Sequence record: MW812343.1
Length of the DNA stretch: 64,000 nucleotides
Reading direction: 5' to 3' (one strand)
This document shows, one piece after another, positions 43,457 to 54,196 of the stretch (its first letter is position 1; every line of letters starts with the position of its first letter). The notes beneath the pieces were generated by a model. It did not search any database. It was not told the DNA's origin and saw only the letters and a program-made list of their open reading frames with translations. A program made the translations under genes and the position numbers.

Positions 43457-44741
43457 GTATCTGATAGCCGCGTGTAATGCCGAGGCGTGGCGACGGCTGG
43501 TCTGGCGCATCGGTTTGTTTAACGTTTGTATCTTCCCCGAAGCCCACGAACGTCCTGAGCAGTATGACCTGACCTTTATTGAAGGGATGGCGCACTATTG
43601 GGATGAGGTGAATGGGCATTGGGAGTGGGTGCCGATTAAAGACGCTGTAAAGGACGCTGAGCTGTTTGTACCGGAGATGCGATTCCAACTACCGGTTGGG
43701 GGTTATCCGGGCTTAGAGAGCGAAATAGAGACGTCTGTGGGACGTTACGTCCTGAACTGGATTGTCATCTATTACGCGTTTGACAAACGGATGCCGTATC
43801 TGGAGACCGGCCATCCGATGGACATCCGTAAAGAGATGTACAGCCGGTGTGTGGACTACGAAGACGATGACCCAGAAAATGTGGGTGCCATCCGTCCGAG
43901 TATGGTCAACCGTTTTGTCAACGGTTTAGCGGAGCTGGCTCCACTGGCCAAAGCGATTGCCCCGACGGGTACGCTACGGTCGTGGACGGTACACCCGGAT
44001 ACCTACAAAATCCGTGATGCCTTGCTTGAGAAGCACAAAGACGAACTGGATAACCCAGCGGTCATTGTGAAGATTGAACAAGCACTGGATGAACTCGATA
44101 AAGAGTGGCTGTCCGGTGACCAGTCCGTGCAGTATTACGCCTCGAAGAAATCCCGAATGCGTCGTCGTAAACTGATGCTGATGTACGGGATTGAATCGGC
44201 CTTCCAAGAAGGTGCTGACTTTACCCTGATTCCAAATGCGCTGGTTGAGGTGGATAAAGAAGGGCTCAAGAATCTGGTGGCGAAGTATAACTCGATTCGT
44301 GACGGTTCCTTCTCCCGTGGTGCGGAAACCGCGAAAGGGGGTGAGCAGGTTCGTATCATCCAGATGATTTTCCAGAACCACAAAATCGTTGAGGGTGATT
44401 GCGGGACGAAGTTGGTGCATCAGGTCTTTATCACGGAGCTGAATGTAAAACGTTACCTCGGTATGAATGCCATGGTCAACGGCAAGCTGACCCCGATAAC
44501 CGACAGCTTCATGAAAGCGAACGTCGGTAAAATCATTAACCTGCGTCGCCCCATCCTATGTCAGATGGGTCACGTTGACTGCTGCGCGGCTTGTGCCTCG
44601 AATGAGAAAGCCAAGGAACCGCGTGCAATCGCTGCCGATATCTCCACGGCGTTCTCCAACGTCATGGGTGTGGCCATGGCAAAGATGCACGGTTCTGATA
44701 CCGTGGTGGTCGAGTTCAAACCCAAACTTCACATTACTTAA
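43443..44741 (+). CDS. virion RNA polymerase beta' subunit, middle/C-terminal piece (phiKZ gp80-like)
   Basis: RDGSFSRGAETAKGGE bridge-helix-like segment, EGDCGT, LRRPILC..DCCAAC Zn site. Confidence 0.88.
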   Translation: MNRIEYLIAACNAEAWRRLVWRIGLFNVCIFPEAHERPEQYDLTFIEGMAHYWDEVNGHWEWVPIKDAVKDAELFVPEMRFQLPVGGYPGLESEIETSVGRYVLNWIVIYYAFDKRMPYLETGHPMDIRKEMYSRCVDYEDDDPENVGAIRPSMVNRFVNGLAELAPLAKAIAPTGTLRSWTVHPDTYKIRDALLEKHKDELDNPAVIVKIEQALDELDKEWLSGDQSVQYYASKKSRMRRRKLMLMYGIESAFQEGADFTLIPNALVEVDKEGLKNLVAKYNSIRDGSFSRGAETAKGGEQVRIIQMIFQNHKIVEGDCGTKLVHQVFITELNVKRYLGMNAMVNGKLTPITDSFMKANVGKIINLRRPILCQMGHVDCCAACASNEKAKEPRAIAADISTAFSNVMGVAMAKMHGSDTVVVEFKPKLHIT

Positions 44742-44752
44742 AAGGATATATC

Positions 44753-45262
44753 ATGTCACAGCCAGTTAAAGACACGAGCACGCAGAACGCGGCCCGTCCC
44801 GAAGCACTGAGCGTTACCAGCGCGGCGTACAGCAACGACGAACAAAGTCAGGTAAAACTGATTGCGGATATGCTGGATACGGCCGGTAACACCGTAGGGC
44901 GTAACAAGTCGCCGTCTGCACAGAAGAAAGCTGAAGCGTACGGCCAGCTTCACAACGCGTTCCGCAACCTGTTCAAACTGCGTGGTCAGGCGTTCCTCGA
45001 TGGCTTCGCGTGCTTTGTCAGCGCCGTGAACAAATACCCTGACGGTATCTTCTATTTGCCACTGGTCAATGAAAACCTGTCGGATTTCAGCAATCAGGCG
45101 GAGCGTGAAGTGTTCATGATCTTCATCAACAACGTCGTGCGTTTCGCCCGCAGCGCGAACAAAGCCAACTACGGCCAGACCAGCAACATCGAACGTCTGA
45201 CGTCCCGTATGTCAGACCCGGAACTGCGTAGTCTGTTACGTGGTGCGTTCCTCGTCGAATAA
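44753..45262 (+). CDS. conserved hypothetical protein
   Basis: 169 aa, AAAGGA RBS, high-expression codon usage. Confidence 0.85.
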   Translation: MSQPVKDTSTQNAARPEALSVTSAAYSNDEQSQVKLIADMLDTAGNTVGRNKSPSAQKKAEAYGQLHNAFRNLFKLRGQAFLDGFACFVSAVNKYPDGIFYLPLVNENLSDFSNQAEREVFMIFINNVVRFARSANKANYGQTSNIERLTSRMSDPELRSLLRGAFLVE

Positions 45263-45308
45263 AAAAAATAAAGCTACCTACTCCATCAGGAGTAGGTAGT
45301 CTTTTTTA
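45261..45308. terminator. bidirectional terminator
   Basis: CTACCTACTCC-ATCA-GGAGTAGGTAG with A- and T-tracts. Confidence 0.8.
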
Positions 45309-47087
45309 TTAAAAACCTTGTACGTATTCGTCAGTCGGTTCACTGTTTGCCACGCGACGGTTAAACGCGTCCAGCACATCATCCTTATCAGGTAACAGGA
45401 AGAAGCTGTTAGCAATGTCCATCGCATTCACACGACCCGCTGTCAGGTTCACACCGGTACGACGACGAACCTCTTCGGAGACCCCATTGATGAACAGCAG
45501 TTCAAAGATTGTGGTTTCACGCGATTGGTTCATCATGTTGGTCGCTGACGGATAAGCCTGTGTTAAATCCGCATCCGCAGTTTGGCCACGGAAAGCAGAA
45601 TAGAACTGCGGCAGTTCTTTCAACACATCCAGCCCGTTCTCAGCATTCATACACGCCGTTAACGTGACAATCCAACCGTCCGTCCCGATAACTTCATCAT
45701 CGTACCCGTTACGCATCTCAGCACCCACACTGCCCGCCACATAGCCTTGGGCCATGAGATAGTAAGTGAAGGCAACACAAATACGTTTCGGTAACGACGG
45801 GAAGATATCGTACATCGAATAACCGGCCAAAATCGTAATCGCAGAAGAGAGGTCGTTGGTCTTCTTATCCAACAGCACAATCATCAGGTTATCGAAGATG
45901 TTATAGACACAATACTCCAGCGGGAACTCTCGCTGGGCTTTTAAATGCCAATCCAGTTTCTCTTCGTACGGCAGACCCGGTATGTCGAGTTTGTTCAGCC
46001 CCAACTCTGAATCCAGTATCGCATTCAGTTTATAACTGGGTCGCTGCCCTTCGTGTACACGTAGCGAACGGAACAATACCATCGCATCCACACAGAAGAA
46101 CGAAGCCATGCAGTATAGCACATGCCACTGCTGACTCGGCGCTTTGGTAAGAGACTTGGACTCCGTCTTCTTCGACGCCATATCTTTCTTGAACCAGACC
46201 TTACGATATTGTCTCGGCACATCGGGATGACAGAAGACATCTTCCGGTTCAATACAACCACGCTCCAGCGCTTCCATCATACGTGTGATATCGAACTCGT
46301 GGTTCCATGCCACTAACAGGTCAGGGAGGCGTGGGTGAATCTCTTCAAACATACGGACGATACACTGTGCCGAATCAAGACATTCGTACGTGAAGATTTT
46401 GTAACCTTCGATAACGTTCTTGATTTTAACTTCAGTCTCGCCCGTCTTTTTATTTTTTTCTCTGAACTCAATCTTGCTCAGCAACTCTTGCGCTTTGGCA
46501 ACCAGACGGGTTTCCCAGTTTTTACCGATACGTGCCACGTAGTCTTTGGTGCAGAACAGGTGAATTTCATCGTCGAGAACAAAGGACATAATCCACGGGT
46601 CACGCGATTTATCTTCCTCGCGTGTTTCTACGTCGTAAACGCAGATACGGTTAGGGGTGGTACAGTCTTTGTACTTGGCCATGTACTTCTGTTTAATCCA
46701 GCTGGTGACCGGTAAGTCGGCGAGATAAACAAACGGGCTGGTACAGATTTGACGAAGGCGCTTTTTCGGGTCAGGGAAACGGGCACCCAACCCCATCTGT
46801 AATGTTTTCGCCATCAGTGCATCCGTTGTCATCAGTTCCTGACAACGGGACTTCAATTCGAACTCTTTCTTTTCCTTGTGATTACGGTAAGGTTCTTGGG
46901 TAACGTAGACAGGACGCTTCACATTTTCACGCAATTGAATACGCGGAATAAGCCGTCCATCCTTAGTATGGATGACCTCTTTAATGAGGACTAAGTCGTT
47001 TTCCCCGCTGGCGTCAGTGGCATAAGCGACGTGCTTACACTCCTTCGCTATGACGTCATCGGGACTGAAATATAAGTTGGTTTCCAT
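45309..47087 (-). CDS. DNA polymerase family B, 3'-5' exonuclease/motif A subunit (phiKZ gp82-like)
   Basis: YDVET (ExoI), AWNHEFDI (ExoII), YNIFD (ExoIII), DADLTQAYPS (motif A). Confidence 0.9.
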   Translation of the reverse strand: METNLYFSPDDVIAKECKHVAYATDASGENDLVLIKEVIHTKDGRLIPRIQLRENVKRPVYVTQEPYRNHKEKKEFELKSRCQELMTTDALMAKTLQMGLGARFPDPKKRLRQICTSPFVYLADLPVTSWIKQKYMAKYKDCTTPNRICVYDVETREEDKSRDPWIMSFVLDDEIHLFCTKDYVARIGKNWETRLVAKAQELLSKIEFREKNKKTGETEVKIKNVIEGYKIFTYECLDSAQCIVRMFEEIHPRLPDLLVAWNHEFDITRMMEALERGCIEPEDVFCHPDVPRQYRKVWFKKDMASKKTESKSLTKAPSQQWHVLYCMASFFCVDAMVLFRSLRVHEGQRPSYKLNAILDSELGLNKLDIPGLPYEEKLDWHLKAQREFPLEYCVYNIFDNLMIVLLDKKTNDLSSAITILAGYSMYDIFPSLPKRICVAFTYYLMAQGYVAGSVGAEMRNGYDDEVIGTDGWIVTLTACMNAENGLDVLKELPQFYSAFRGQTADADLTQAYPSATNMMNQSRETTIFELLFINGVSEEVRRRTGVNLTAGRVNAMDIANSFFLLPDKDDVLDAFNRRVANSEPTDEYVQGF

Positions 47088-47158
47088 CGGTTCTCTCTCA
47101 TCGATCCGCCTCTATATTGATCGGTGGTGACGTAAAAACTTTTAAAGGAACGTCTGAT

Positions 47159-48517
47159 ATGGGCTACTGGTCTAAGCACGCACAGAGCGTGAAAGAACTC
47201 AAGCGTGTTGCCGCTGAGTCAATTAAGTTTCAAGATAAGAAAAAACTGGCATCACTCGCCGATATCGTTGCAAAGTTCCAAGCAGCCGGGGATTTCTCCG
47301 TAGCCGCATACGACACCTCCGGTATCAAAGAGTGGATTCAGAAAAACCACGGGATTGGGGTTACCTTTACCAACGGTGCGGAACTGGGCCTGCAAGAAGA
47401 ACTGTTTGCAGCTATCCAGCCACCGCAGATTGATGCAAATAACCCGATTGTGGCCGAGTTCCACCGGGTAGTGTATCAGGGTAATAAAGACCTCGACCTC
47501 TACAGCAAGTTCATCAAAGACAACGAGCTGAATGGTGAGTTCGATGACGGTAACGCCATCCTGAAAGGCGACCTGTCGAAGATCACTTCTCCGCTGTACG
47601 TTACCCCACCTATCTTCAATGGTCGCGCGGAACTGTCGGCGTACGAAATTGCCGCTATCATTCTGCACGAAGTCGGCCATGTCTACTACTACCTGCGTAC
47701 GCTGATGCGCGGTGTGGTGGTAAACCTGTTGGCGGATGCTGCGGCTAACCGCATGATGGAAATCGATTCCCCGCAGGAGAAACTGCGCGTGGTCAAAGAC
47801 GTTGAGCGTATCCTGAATACGAAAATCAACCAACCGGAAACCATCTGCGATTCGTACAAGAAAGAAAACATCTACATGCACCTTGTTACGCAAACCTTGC
47901 TGGAGCGGCCGAACATCACCGGCGGCAAAGGTTTCGGTAACCGTAGCTGGGAACGTGCGGCGGATGACTTCTCTGCCCGTATGGGTGCAGCACCGTATCT
48001 GGCGTCTGCTCTGTACAAAATGGAGATGAGTCAGTGGTGGATTCTGCGCCATAACTCGTACACCAACATCTATACGCATCTGTTCGGCGAACTGTTTAAC
48101 TTGGCCATCCTGATTGTTGGGGCAACCACTCCGTTCGGTATCGTCTACGCTTCAGTGATGGTGGCATTCGGGCTTATTATCAATGACCCGGAGAACACCA
48201 TCTACGATCCGCCGCAGGAACGCTTTGAAACCCTGCGCCGTAATCTGGTTGAAGAACTGAACGTGCTGAAAGGGTTGAACACCAAAGTCGCTAATGAGCA
48301 GCGTCAGCGTTGCTTGGATGGGATTGCCGGTCTTGACCAGATTCTGAAGACGGTCAAGGACAAAGACAACATCTACTCCTTCATCATGAAAACCCTGACG
48401 CCTGCGGGCCGTAAGGAACGCGCGGCGGTGGATTACCAGCGTGCGCTTGAAGGCTACATGTCCAACGACCTGCGTATCGCTTCGGCGAAGATGGCACAGT
48501 TAGCTGGGGCAAAGTAG
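47159..48517 (+). CDS. probable virion protein with M48-like Zn-metallopeptidase signature
   Basis: ILHEVGH plus ERAADDFSARMGAAPYLASALYKM; hydrophobic C-terminal segment; AAAGGA RBS. Confidence 0.65.
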   Translation: MGYWSKHAQSVKELKRVAAESIKFQDKKKLASLADIVAKFQAAGDFSVAAYDTSGIKEWIQKNHGIGVTFTNGAELGLQEELFAAIQPPQIDANNPIVAEFHRVVYQGNKDLDLYSKFIKDNELNGEFDDGNAILKGDLSKITSPLYVTPPIFNGRAELSAYEIAAIILHEVGHVYYYLRTLMRGVVVNLLADAAANRMMEIDSPQEKLRVVKDVERILNTKINQPETICDSYKKENIYMHLVTQTLLERPNITGGKGFGNRSWERAADDFSARMGAAPYLASALYKMEMSQWWILRHNSYTNIYTHLFGELFNLAILIVGATTPFGIVYASVMVAFGLIINDPENTIYDPPQERFETLRRNLVEELNVLKGLNTKVANEQRQRCLDGIAGLDQILKTVKDKDNIYSFIMKTLTPAGRKERAAVDYQRALEGYMSNDLRIASAKMAQLAGAK

Positions 48518-48528
48518 CAAGGGAGTCT

Positions 48529-48993
48529 TTGTCGGGGCCAACTGAATTGTGGATGGTCTTGCCTTATCAATGGCCGGTACTCTCTCCAGAACAGATTGAC
48601 AACGATTTGAAGGGTGTTCGTCTTGGGGTGGAAACACCACCCCTAACGGCGTATCGCACCCCGTATGATGCTTTGAATGCGGGTGTGGCGTACGTTGCTG
48701 AGAAGAACCGCGTTATCGATTCCTTTAACCCCGGCAGTACCGTTGCACCCATGCAGCTTTCACGCAAGGGTGACGTGGTTAAAATCGTGAATCAGGGAAC
48801 GTGGAACACACTCACGAACGGCGATAAGATTTGTCTTTATCGTCTCAGCTCTGAACGCTGTTCTCAGCCTTGGCAAGAAACGTACGAAGGCTCCCAAGAA
48901 TATTTTACGCACGGTGTTGCAGAATATGACGAAGTTCAGTTCGATACACTGCGCAACTTGATTAGCAACGCGGGACTCACCCTCGTTAATTGA
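48529..48993 (+). CDS. hypothetical protein
   Basis: TTG start with GGGAG RBS. Confidence 0.7.
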   Translation: MSGPTELWMVLPYQWPVLSPEQIDNDLKGVRLGVETPPLTAYRTPYDALNAGVAYVAEKNRVIDSFNPGSTVAPMQLSRKGDVVKIVNQGTWNTLTNGDKICLYRLSSERCSQPWQETYEGSQEYFTHGVAEYDEVQFDTLRNLISNAGLTLVN

Positions 48994-49004
48994 AAGGTAA
49001 AATC

Positions 49005-49445
49005 ATGACGCACAAACTTTCTTTGAATTCCCTCGTCCTCGATTTCAAACGCGACAACGAAGGGAAAGGCGTGCAGGGTAGCCAAGCCCTGACCGCGCTG
49101 GTTGCTTTTACGCTGGCTTATTCTGTTCCACTGCCAGATAACGGTGCTTACGGCTCCACAGAAGCCGCACAGGCGTTCCTCGTGCCTATCATGAAGAACA
49201 TTGTGTCGGATGTGAACGAGCTGTACTGTGTGGATTTGGGGACGGTTCTTGACCTGACCTCGGCGCTGTACTGTAACCGTTACGACAACGTCTGGGGCGG
49301 CCGCCGCGCACTGGAAGCCTTCTCACCGAAAGCGGTGATTGATGAAGCGTACGGCGTGGATTGCTACCCGACTGTACAACTGTGGGCTGAGCGTTTCTTC
49401 GAAACCGTTGGCTTCTACATCAGCGAAACTACCCAGAAGGCGTAA
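49005..49445 (+). CDS. hypothetical (probable virion) protein
   Basis: AAAGGT RBS before ATG 49005. Confidence 0.8.
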   Translation: MTHKLSLNSLVLDFKRDNEGKGVQGSQALTALVAFTLAYSVPLPDNGAYGSTEAAQAFLVPIMKNIVSDVNELYCVDLGTVLDLTSALYCNRYDNVWGGRRALEAFSPKAVIDEAYGVDCYPTVQLWAERFFETVGFYISETTQKA

Positions 49446-49448
49446 ACC

Positions 49449-51203
49449 ATGACCAGCATGACCGAAGTAGGTGGGCTGGTCTCTACCGCCCCACAGTGGC
49501 GTCTCGGTGAAATGGGTAACCTGCTCCAAGAGCACATGAACCACAAGATCAACAGTCTTGACCAGTTGAACTTGTACATGCAGCGTAATGACGCTGACCT
49601 GCTCTACGGCAGCCGTATCCTTGCGCAGATTGATGCCATCCTTGACGATGTGCGCCGTAACGGTATCTCACGCGACCTTGCGGTGGCAGTGGAATCAACC
49701 CGTCCGGGCACCATTCCAAAGAACGTGCAGAAAATCCTGACCTCCAACTATACCGGTACCCATCAGCGGGAAACGGTAGCTGCGCTGGAGTCGTGGAAAG
49801 AAGCCGGGCGTATGGGTCTGATCATTCTGGTGTTGACTGCTATCCTCAAAATCGTCAGTTGGATTGTGGAATCCGGCAAAGGGTACAAGGGTAACACCAA
49901 CGCGAAGACCGCTGCTGATAAAGTCGAGGACTACAAAGCCAAGACTGATGAGAAGTGGCAAGCTGCTGCGGAAGCCCCACCTCCAACGCCTAAGTCGGTG
50001 AAAACCGATGACTGGAAACGGGAGTACGATTCGCTCGCCAGTACCCTCACCTGTGCGTCTGTGAAAGCCGCGTATCTGGATGCCAGTAAGAAGCTCTCTA
50101 GCCGCGGTTTAGCGCAGCTGACAGCCGCCGCTATGCGTTACGATACCTTAATCAAAAACGCGAATGCGGGAGACTACGTGGACACTGTGACGGCTGTTTC
50201 AGGCCGTAACCCTATCTCTCCGTTACTGGATGAAGTCGCCAGTGGCGAGAAAGGGGCAGGTACCGTAGGGGCACTGGTTGCTGAACTGCTGCGCATGAAC
50301 GTCTCAGAAGGTATCTTTACGCCACAGGCTGCTGCCAAAGCGTACAGCCTTCTGCCGGATGAAATGCGCAAAGCGGGTGTGAAGATTCCTAACGAAGCGG
50401 TCTTCCGCATGATGGCTAACCGTGCGCCGGAGTTGAACAACTTCTTCAAAACGGCAGGCCAGGCGTTTGATTCTCTCTCGGCAGTGATGTCGCAGAAGAA
50501 ATCTGACCTCAAGTGGAAAGACACTGACATCCGTAAACCGGGCAGTGACTTTGCTGATGCCATGCGTTTCCTGAACGACTATCTGGCGACCATCATTCCG
50601 GTGGTGAAAGGTGGGAAGTTCAGCGCAGAAACCTCACCAACGGTTGCGCTGATTGGCAACAATGCCGCTGACGGTCTGATTGGCTATGACGAGCCAACGG
50701 AGTTTGTAGGCAACGCGATTCTGGTATGTGCGCAGTACGGCGCGTACTTGAACAGCAGCTTCGTGGCTTCCTTCACGGAACGTCGTGGGTTGAATGACGA
50801 CGATGCGGGTGATGTCCTGCAAGCGCTTGTGGTGATGGCTTCGGGCCTCTCAACGAATACAGGTGTAACGAACTTCAACGCTTACAGTAAAATGGAAAGC
50901 GAAGTGAAGACACTGATTGACCGTATTCAGTCGTGGGAGAAATCCATGTCGGGTAACCGTGAAGGTGCTGCGGCAATCCAAGCCATCGGCGAATCGCTAC
51001 TGGCCGTGATGATGGAAGAACGTTCTGATAGCCTGAACATGGGCCGTGAGTTGTCTGCGGATTATAAAGACCGCGATGGTGACTTCTGGCAGGGGCTGCG
51101 TAAGAACCTCAACTACATCCGCCGTATCTGCATGGGTACGGTTGGGATGCAGAACATTATCACCAAAAGCCAAAACAACCCGTTTGTCAAAGGCAAAAAT
51201 TAA
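49449..51203 (+). CDS. probable internal head/ejection protein with propeptide
   Basis: 584 aa; AALE-SW processing-like site followed by a hydrophobic helix, as in SPN3US gp47-type proteins. Confidence 0.65.
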   Translation: MTSMTEVGGLVSTAPQWRLGEMGNLLQEHMNHKINSLDQLNLYMQRNDADLLYGSRILAQIDAILDDVRRNGISRDLAVAVESTRPGTIPKNVQKILTSNYTGTHQRETVAALESWKEAGRMGLIILVLTAILKIVSWIVESGKGYKGNTNAKTAADKVEDYKAKTDEKWQAAAEAPPPTPKSVKTDDWKREYDSLASTLTCASVKAAYLDASKKLSSRGLAQLTAAAMRYDTLIKNANAGDYVDTVTAVSGRNPISPLLDEVASGEKGAGTVGALVAELLRMNVSEGIFTPQAAAKAYSLLPDEMRKAGVKIPNEAVFRMMANRAPELNNFFKTAGQAFDSLSAVMSQKKSDLKWKDTDIRKPGSDFADAMRFLNDYLATIIPVVKGGKFSAETSPTVALIGNNAADGLIGYDEPTEFVGNAILVCAQYGAYLNSSFVASFTERRGLNDDDAGDVLQALVVMASGLSTNTGVTNFNAYSKMESEVKTLIDRIQSWEKSMSGNREGAAAIQAIGESLLAVMMEERSDSLNMGRELSADYKDRDGDFWQGLRKNLNYIRRICMGTVGMQNIITKSQNNPFVKGKN

Positions 51204-51249
51204 AATAAAAGACCTACTCTCCTTCGGGAGAGTAGGCTTTCTTTTTTTT
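51204..51249. terminator. bidirectional terminator
   Basis: CCTACTCTCC-TTCG-GGAGAGTAGG with A- and T-tracts. Confidence 0.8.
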
Positions 51250-54196
51250 ATACCGGTGTTGTATCGTGACGGTTGTAGCTTGCAACGATGTCGTCTTTCA
51301 GACCGACACGGCCGTTCGCTTCAATCACCATCTTCTTCCCAACCGTGACCTGCGTGGCATCGGACATGACCGTGAACAGACGCATGTCTTGGTCTGGCCC
51401 CATACCGCCGACCACCACACCCAAGATAGTATCTTTCAACGCATCTTGCAGGGCTTCACCCAACGCCACCGCCGAAACGGTGCTGTTGTCTATCAGGAAC
51501 TGACTGATAACCTCAGAGGTCTTCTTCTGGATGGCTTTAATCAAGTCAGCGTTCTGACGGTTTACCGCCGTGAGGTAATAGCTTACCGTAAACTGCTGCT
51601 CCGCCGGAATCGGGGTAATGGCCCCGTTCTCCGTACGCGCATCGATATACCCCATGGTGGTAATCGGCACGAAGTACGCATCCGTACGTTCCAACAACAA
51701 CGGCGTTAACTGCGGCATGTTCACCGTGATTTGGTTAATCATGTACGCAATCACTGATTGACGATAGGCCACCACTTCATCACTGTCCGCAAACAGATAG
51801 CGAGCATCAAAGACCGCCATCTCGTTACGGAAGCGAATACTGCGGGGACGATCGATGACCGGGTTCCCGTCCGCGTCCTTGACCTGCTCCCCTTTCTCAT
51901 GCAGGATTTCCTGCACACCGTTTTCGTCGTATACCGGATCACCTTTACGGTGGAGGTATTGCAACTGTAACGGCGGGGTCTTGGTCTCGTCGTACGTGTA
52001 CTCAGGCACACCACGCTCGTTGGTCTTCACCACATCCGCTTCGTAATACTTCAGCACGTCGGCTTCGTAATACTTGTAGTTGATGCTGTCGGTGATAGGA
52101 CGGGCTTTACGCCAGTATGCGGTCAGCGCTTTGCCCAGCTCGATTTTGAACACCTCGTAGGTGATACCAATCGCATCACGAGACGGAGCCACAATCAACG
52201 TGTCCATCGTCGCGCGCTCGTAGTTCTTCGGATAATAGCCGGTGCAGCCGTAGAAGATGTTGAAGTCTTCGGTCAGGCTGACGGGAATATTGACCGTTGA
52301 GGACGAGGTCGTGCGGGTGTTGGTGATAATCATCTCATCGTTACGGTCAACGTCGAGATTTGTCTCCAACAGGAATTCCCATACACGTTCACTGCCTTGC
52401 TTCCCGACCAGCGTTCCCTGCACATAAGCGAGGGTCTCCGAGTTACGCGGCTGGAAGGAAAGTTGGGCGAACACCTGTGCATCATCCAGCGCTTGGTACG
52501 GCGACTCCGATTTAGTGACGGTCCGCAGTACGTAACCTTGGTCTGTCATCAGAATCTGGTAGTCGTCGGTGACCACACTCAGTTCCGTCGTGATGTTGGT
52601 GCTGATGAAACGTTTTGACACGAGGCTCGGGCTGTCGAGTTGGTAGATACGCACGTCGATCGAGTTGTTGTTGATGTCGAGTACGTAATGGAACGGTGTG
52701 AAGAGATACGAACCACTGTTCGCCACATTCACCAAATCCTCTTTACGCATTGTCTTCAACAATTCGGTCATCGTGGTTTCAACCGAGAGACTGCTCCCGT
52801 CAAACTTGTACAAGGTGGTCGGCAACACCGTCATGCGGTTATCGTTAATACGCACCGTGGACAGGTTAGACAATTCATCCCAACTGAAATACAAGGCCGA
52901 GGTCACTGACCCGATAGGCGAGCTAACGTTCTTTAACGTTGAGGCCGGTAACGGAGCGGACATCAGATACGTACGACTGGTGACATAGTCGATGGCATTT
53001 TGAAGTGACAGGTTAAAGTCTGCTGCCACCGCAGCCAGCTGTTTCTCGGTAATCGGTGCCTGACGTAGGCCCACGGCGTTGTTGACCACACGGTCACGCA
53101 GTTCGGTAAACGGCAGTTCTGCCCGACCCCCAGAGGTCACCCCGACGCCGCTCTCTGCCACCACTTGGAAGATAGAGAAGCTGCGCAGTGGGTTGACGTA
53201 CGACGCATCGTACTCGCCGTTCAGGTCACGGAAATCCCATGAGAACTGGTCAGCAGCATAACCCGACAAGTCCACGTTCAGCACACCCATGGTCGTGTAG
53301 ACATCCATACGGACTTCGCCCGATACCAGACCGGTGGTCAGGTAAATGGACGGAATCACACAGCGAATGTTTTGTCCCACTACCTGAATGACAGCCGTGG
53401 CTACATTCGGGTCGTACACATCACGGCTGTGCGTGTGTGGGATTTCTACCCAACCGGTACCGGCTGCATCACGCTGCCAGACACGGGCGTAAAAGAAGCT
53501 GTTGGTGAAGCTGCGGATGATTTGCAGTTCGTTTGTCCCAACTGTGGTATCAGTGTGGCTTTTCACGTCATACTGCTTCACCGGAATCTTGATACGCAGC
53601 AGTATGGAGTTGGTGCTTGGGGATGAACCCAAATCCCAATCCAGTGCGTTCGTGGAAACCGGGGAAATCGGTGATTGTGTTTCGGTAATCCACAACACTT
53701 CAAAGGCGGGGTTATCAGCCGTGCCATACGGCAGCACCCGAATCTCGATAGGATACTGAATCGAGAAAGTGTACCCCGATACCTTAAAGACCGTATCGCG
53801 CGGAATGACCAGCTTACGCACGCCAGCGTAGACCAGCGGCATGGCTTTGCTCAACAATGAGTCCACGTCGATAATCAATTGTAGTTCTGTGCCGGAAGGT
53901 TGTGAGAACACATCCACGTAATCCACGTCCGACATGTGGCGGAAAAGATCGTCCATGGTTTGTGCTTGCGAAGGATACGTCTTGGGTACTGTAGCTCGAC
54001 AACCTTCAATGGCGGTGTGTGCCAACATCACCCCTGCTTCCGCCAAGAAGACCACCGGGTCGGTTGGACTGCGCAGAGTAATAGAGGCGGCGTTGTCGCT
54101 GACGTTTTGGAGCTGCTTTAATAACAGCGTCTGCATCGCGGCGGGGTTATGCGCCAACAGCAACATATTCGATGCCAGCTTATCATAAGTGTCCAT
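51248..54196 (-). CDS. large virion structural protein (tail/baseplate candidate, phiKZ gp87-like)
   Basis: 982 aa beta-rich ORF; synteny. Confidence 0.7.
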   Translation of the reverse strand: MDTYDKLASNMLLLAHNPAAMQTLLLKQLQNVSDNAASITLRSPTDPVVFLAEAGVMLAHTAIEGCRATVPKTYPSQAQTMDDLFRHMSDVDYVDVFSQPSGTELQLIIDVDSLLSKAMPLVYAGVRKLVIPRDTVFKVSGYTFSIQYPIEIRVLPYGTADNPAFEVLWITETQSPISPVSTNALDWDLGSSPSTNSILLRIKIPVKQYDVKSHTDTTVGTNELQIIRSFTNSFFYARVWQRDAAGTGWVEIPHTHSRDVYDPNVATAVIQVVGQNIRCVIPSIYLTTGLVSGEVRMDVYTTMGVLNVDLSGYAADQFSWDFRDLNGEYDASYVNPLRSFSIFQVVAESGVGVTSGGRAELPFTELRDRVVNNAVGLRQAPITEKQLAAVAADFNLSLQNAIDYVTSRTYLMSAPLPASTLKNVSSPIGSVTSALYFSWDELSNLSTVRINDNRMTVLPTTLYKFDGSSLSVETTMTELLKTMRKEDLVNVANSGSYLFTPFHYVLDINNNSIDVRIYQLDSPSLVSKRFISTNITTELSVVTDDYQILMTDQGYVLRTVTKSESPYQALDDAQVFAQLSFQPRNSETLAYVQGTLVGKQGSERVWEFLLETNLDVDRNDEMIITNTRTTSSSTVNIPVSLTEDFNIFYGCTGYYPKNYERATMDTLIVAPSRDAIGITYEVFKIELGKALTAYWRKARPITDSINYKYYEADVLKYYEADVVKTNERGVPEYTYDETKTPPLQLQYLHRKGDPVYDENGVQEILHEKGEQVKDADGNPVIDRPRSIRFRNEMAVFDARYLFADSDEVVAYRQSVIAYMINQITVNMPQLTPLLLERTDAYFVPITTMGYIDARTENGAITPIPAEQQFTVSYYLTAVNRQNADLIKAIQKKTSEVISQFLIDNSTVSAVALGEALQDALKDTILGVVVGGMGPDQDMRLFTVMSDATQVTVGKKMVIEANGRVGLKDDIVASYNRHDTTPV

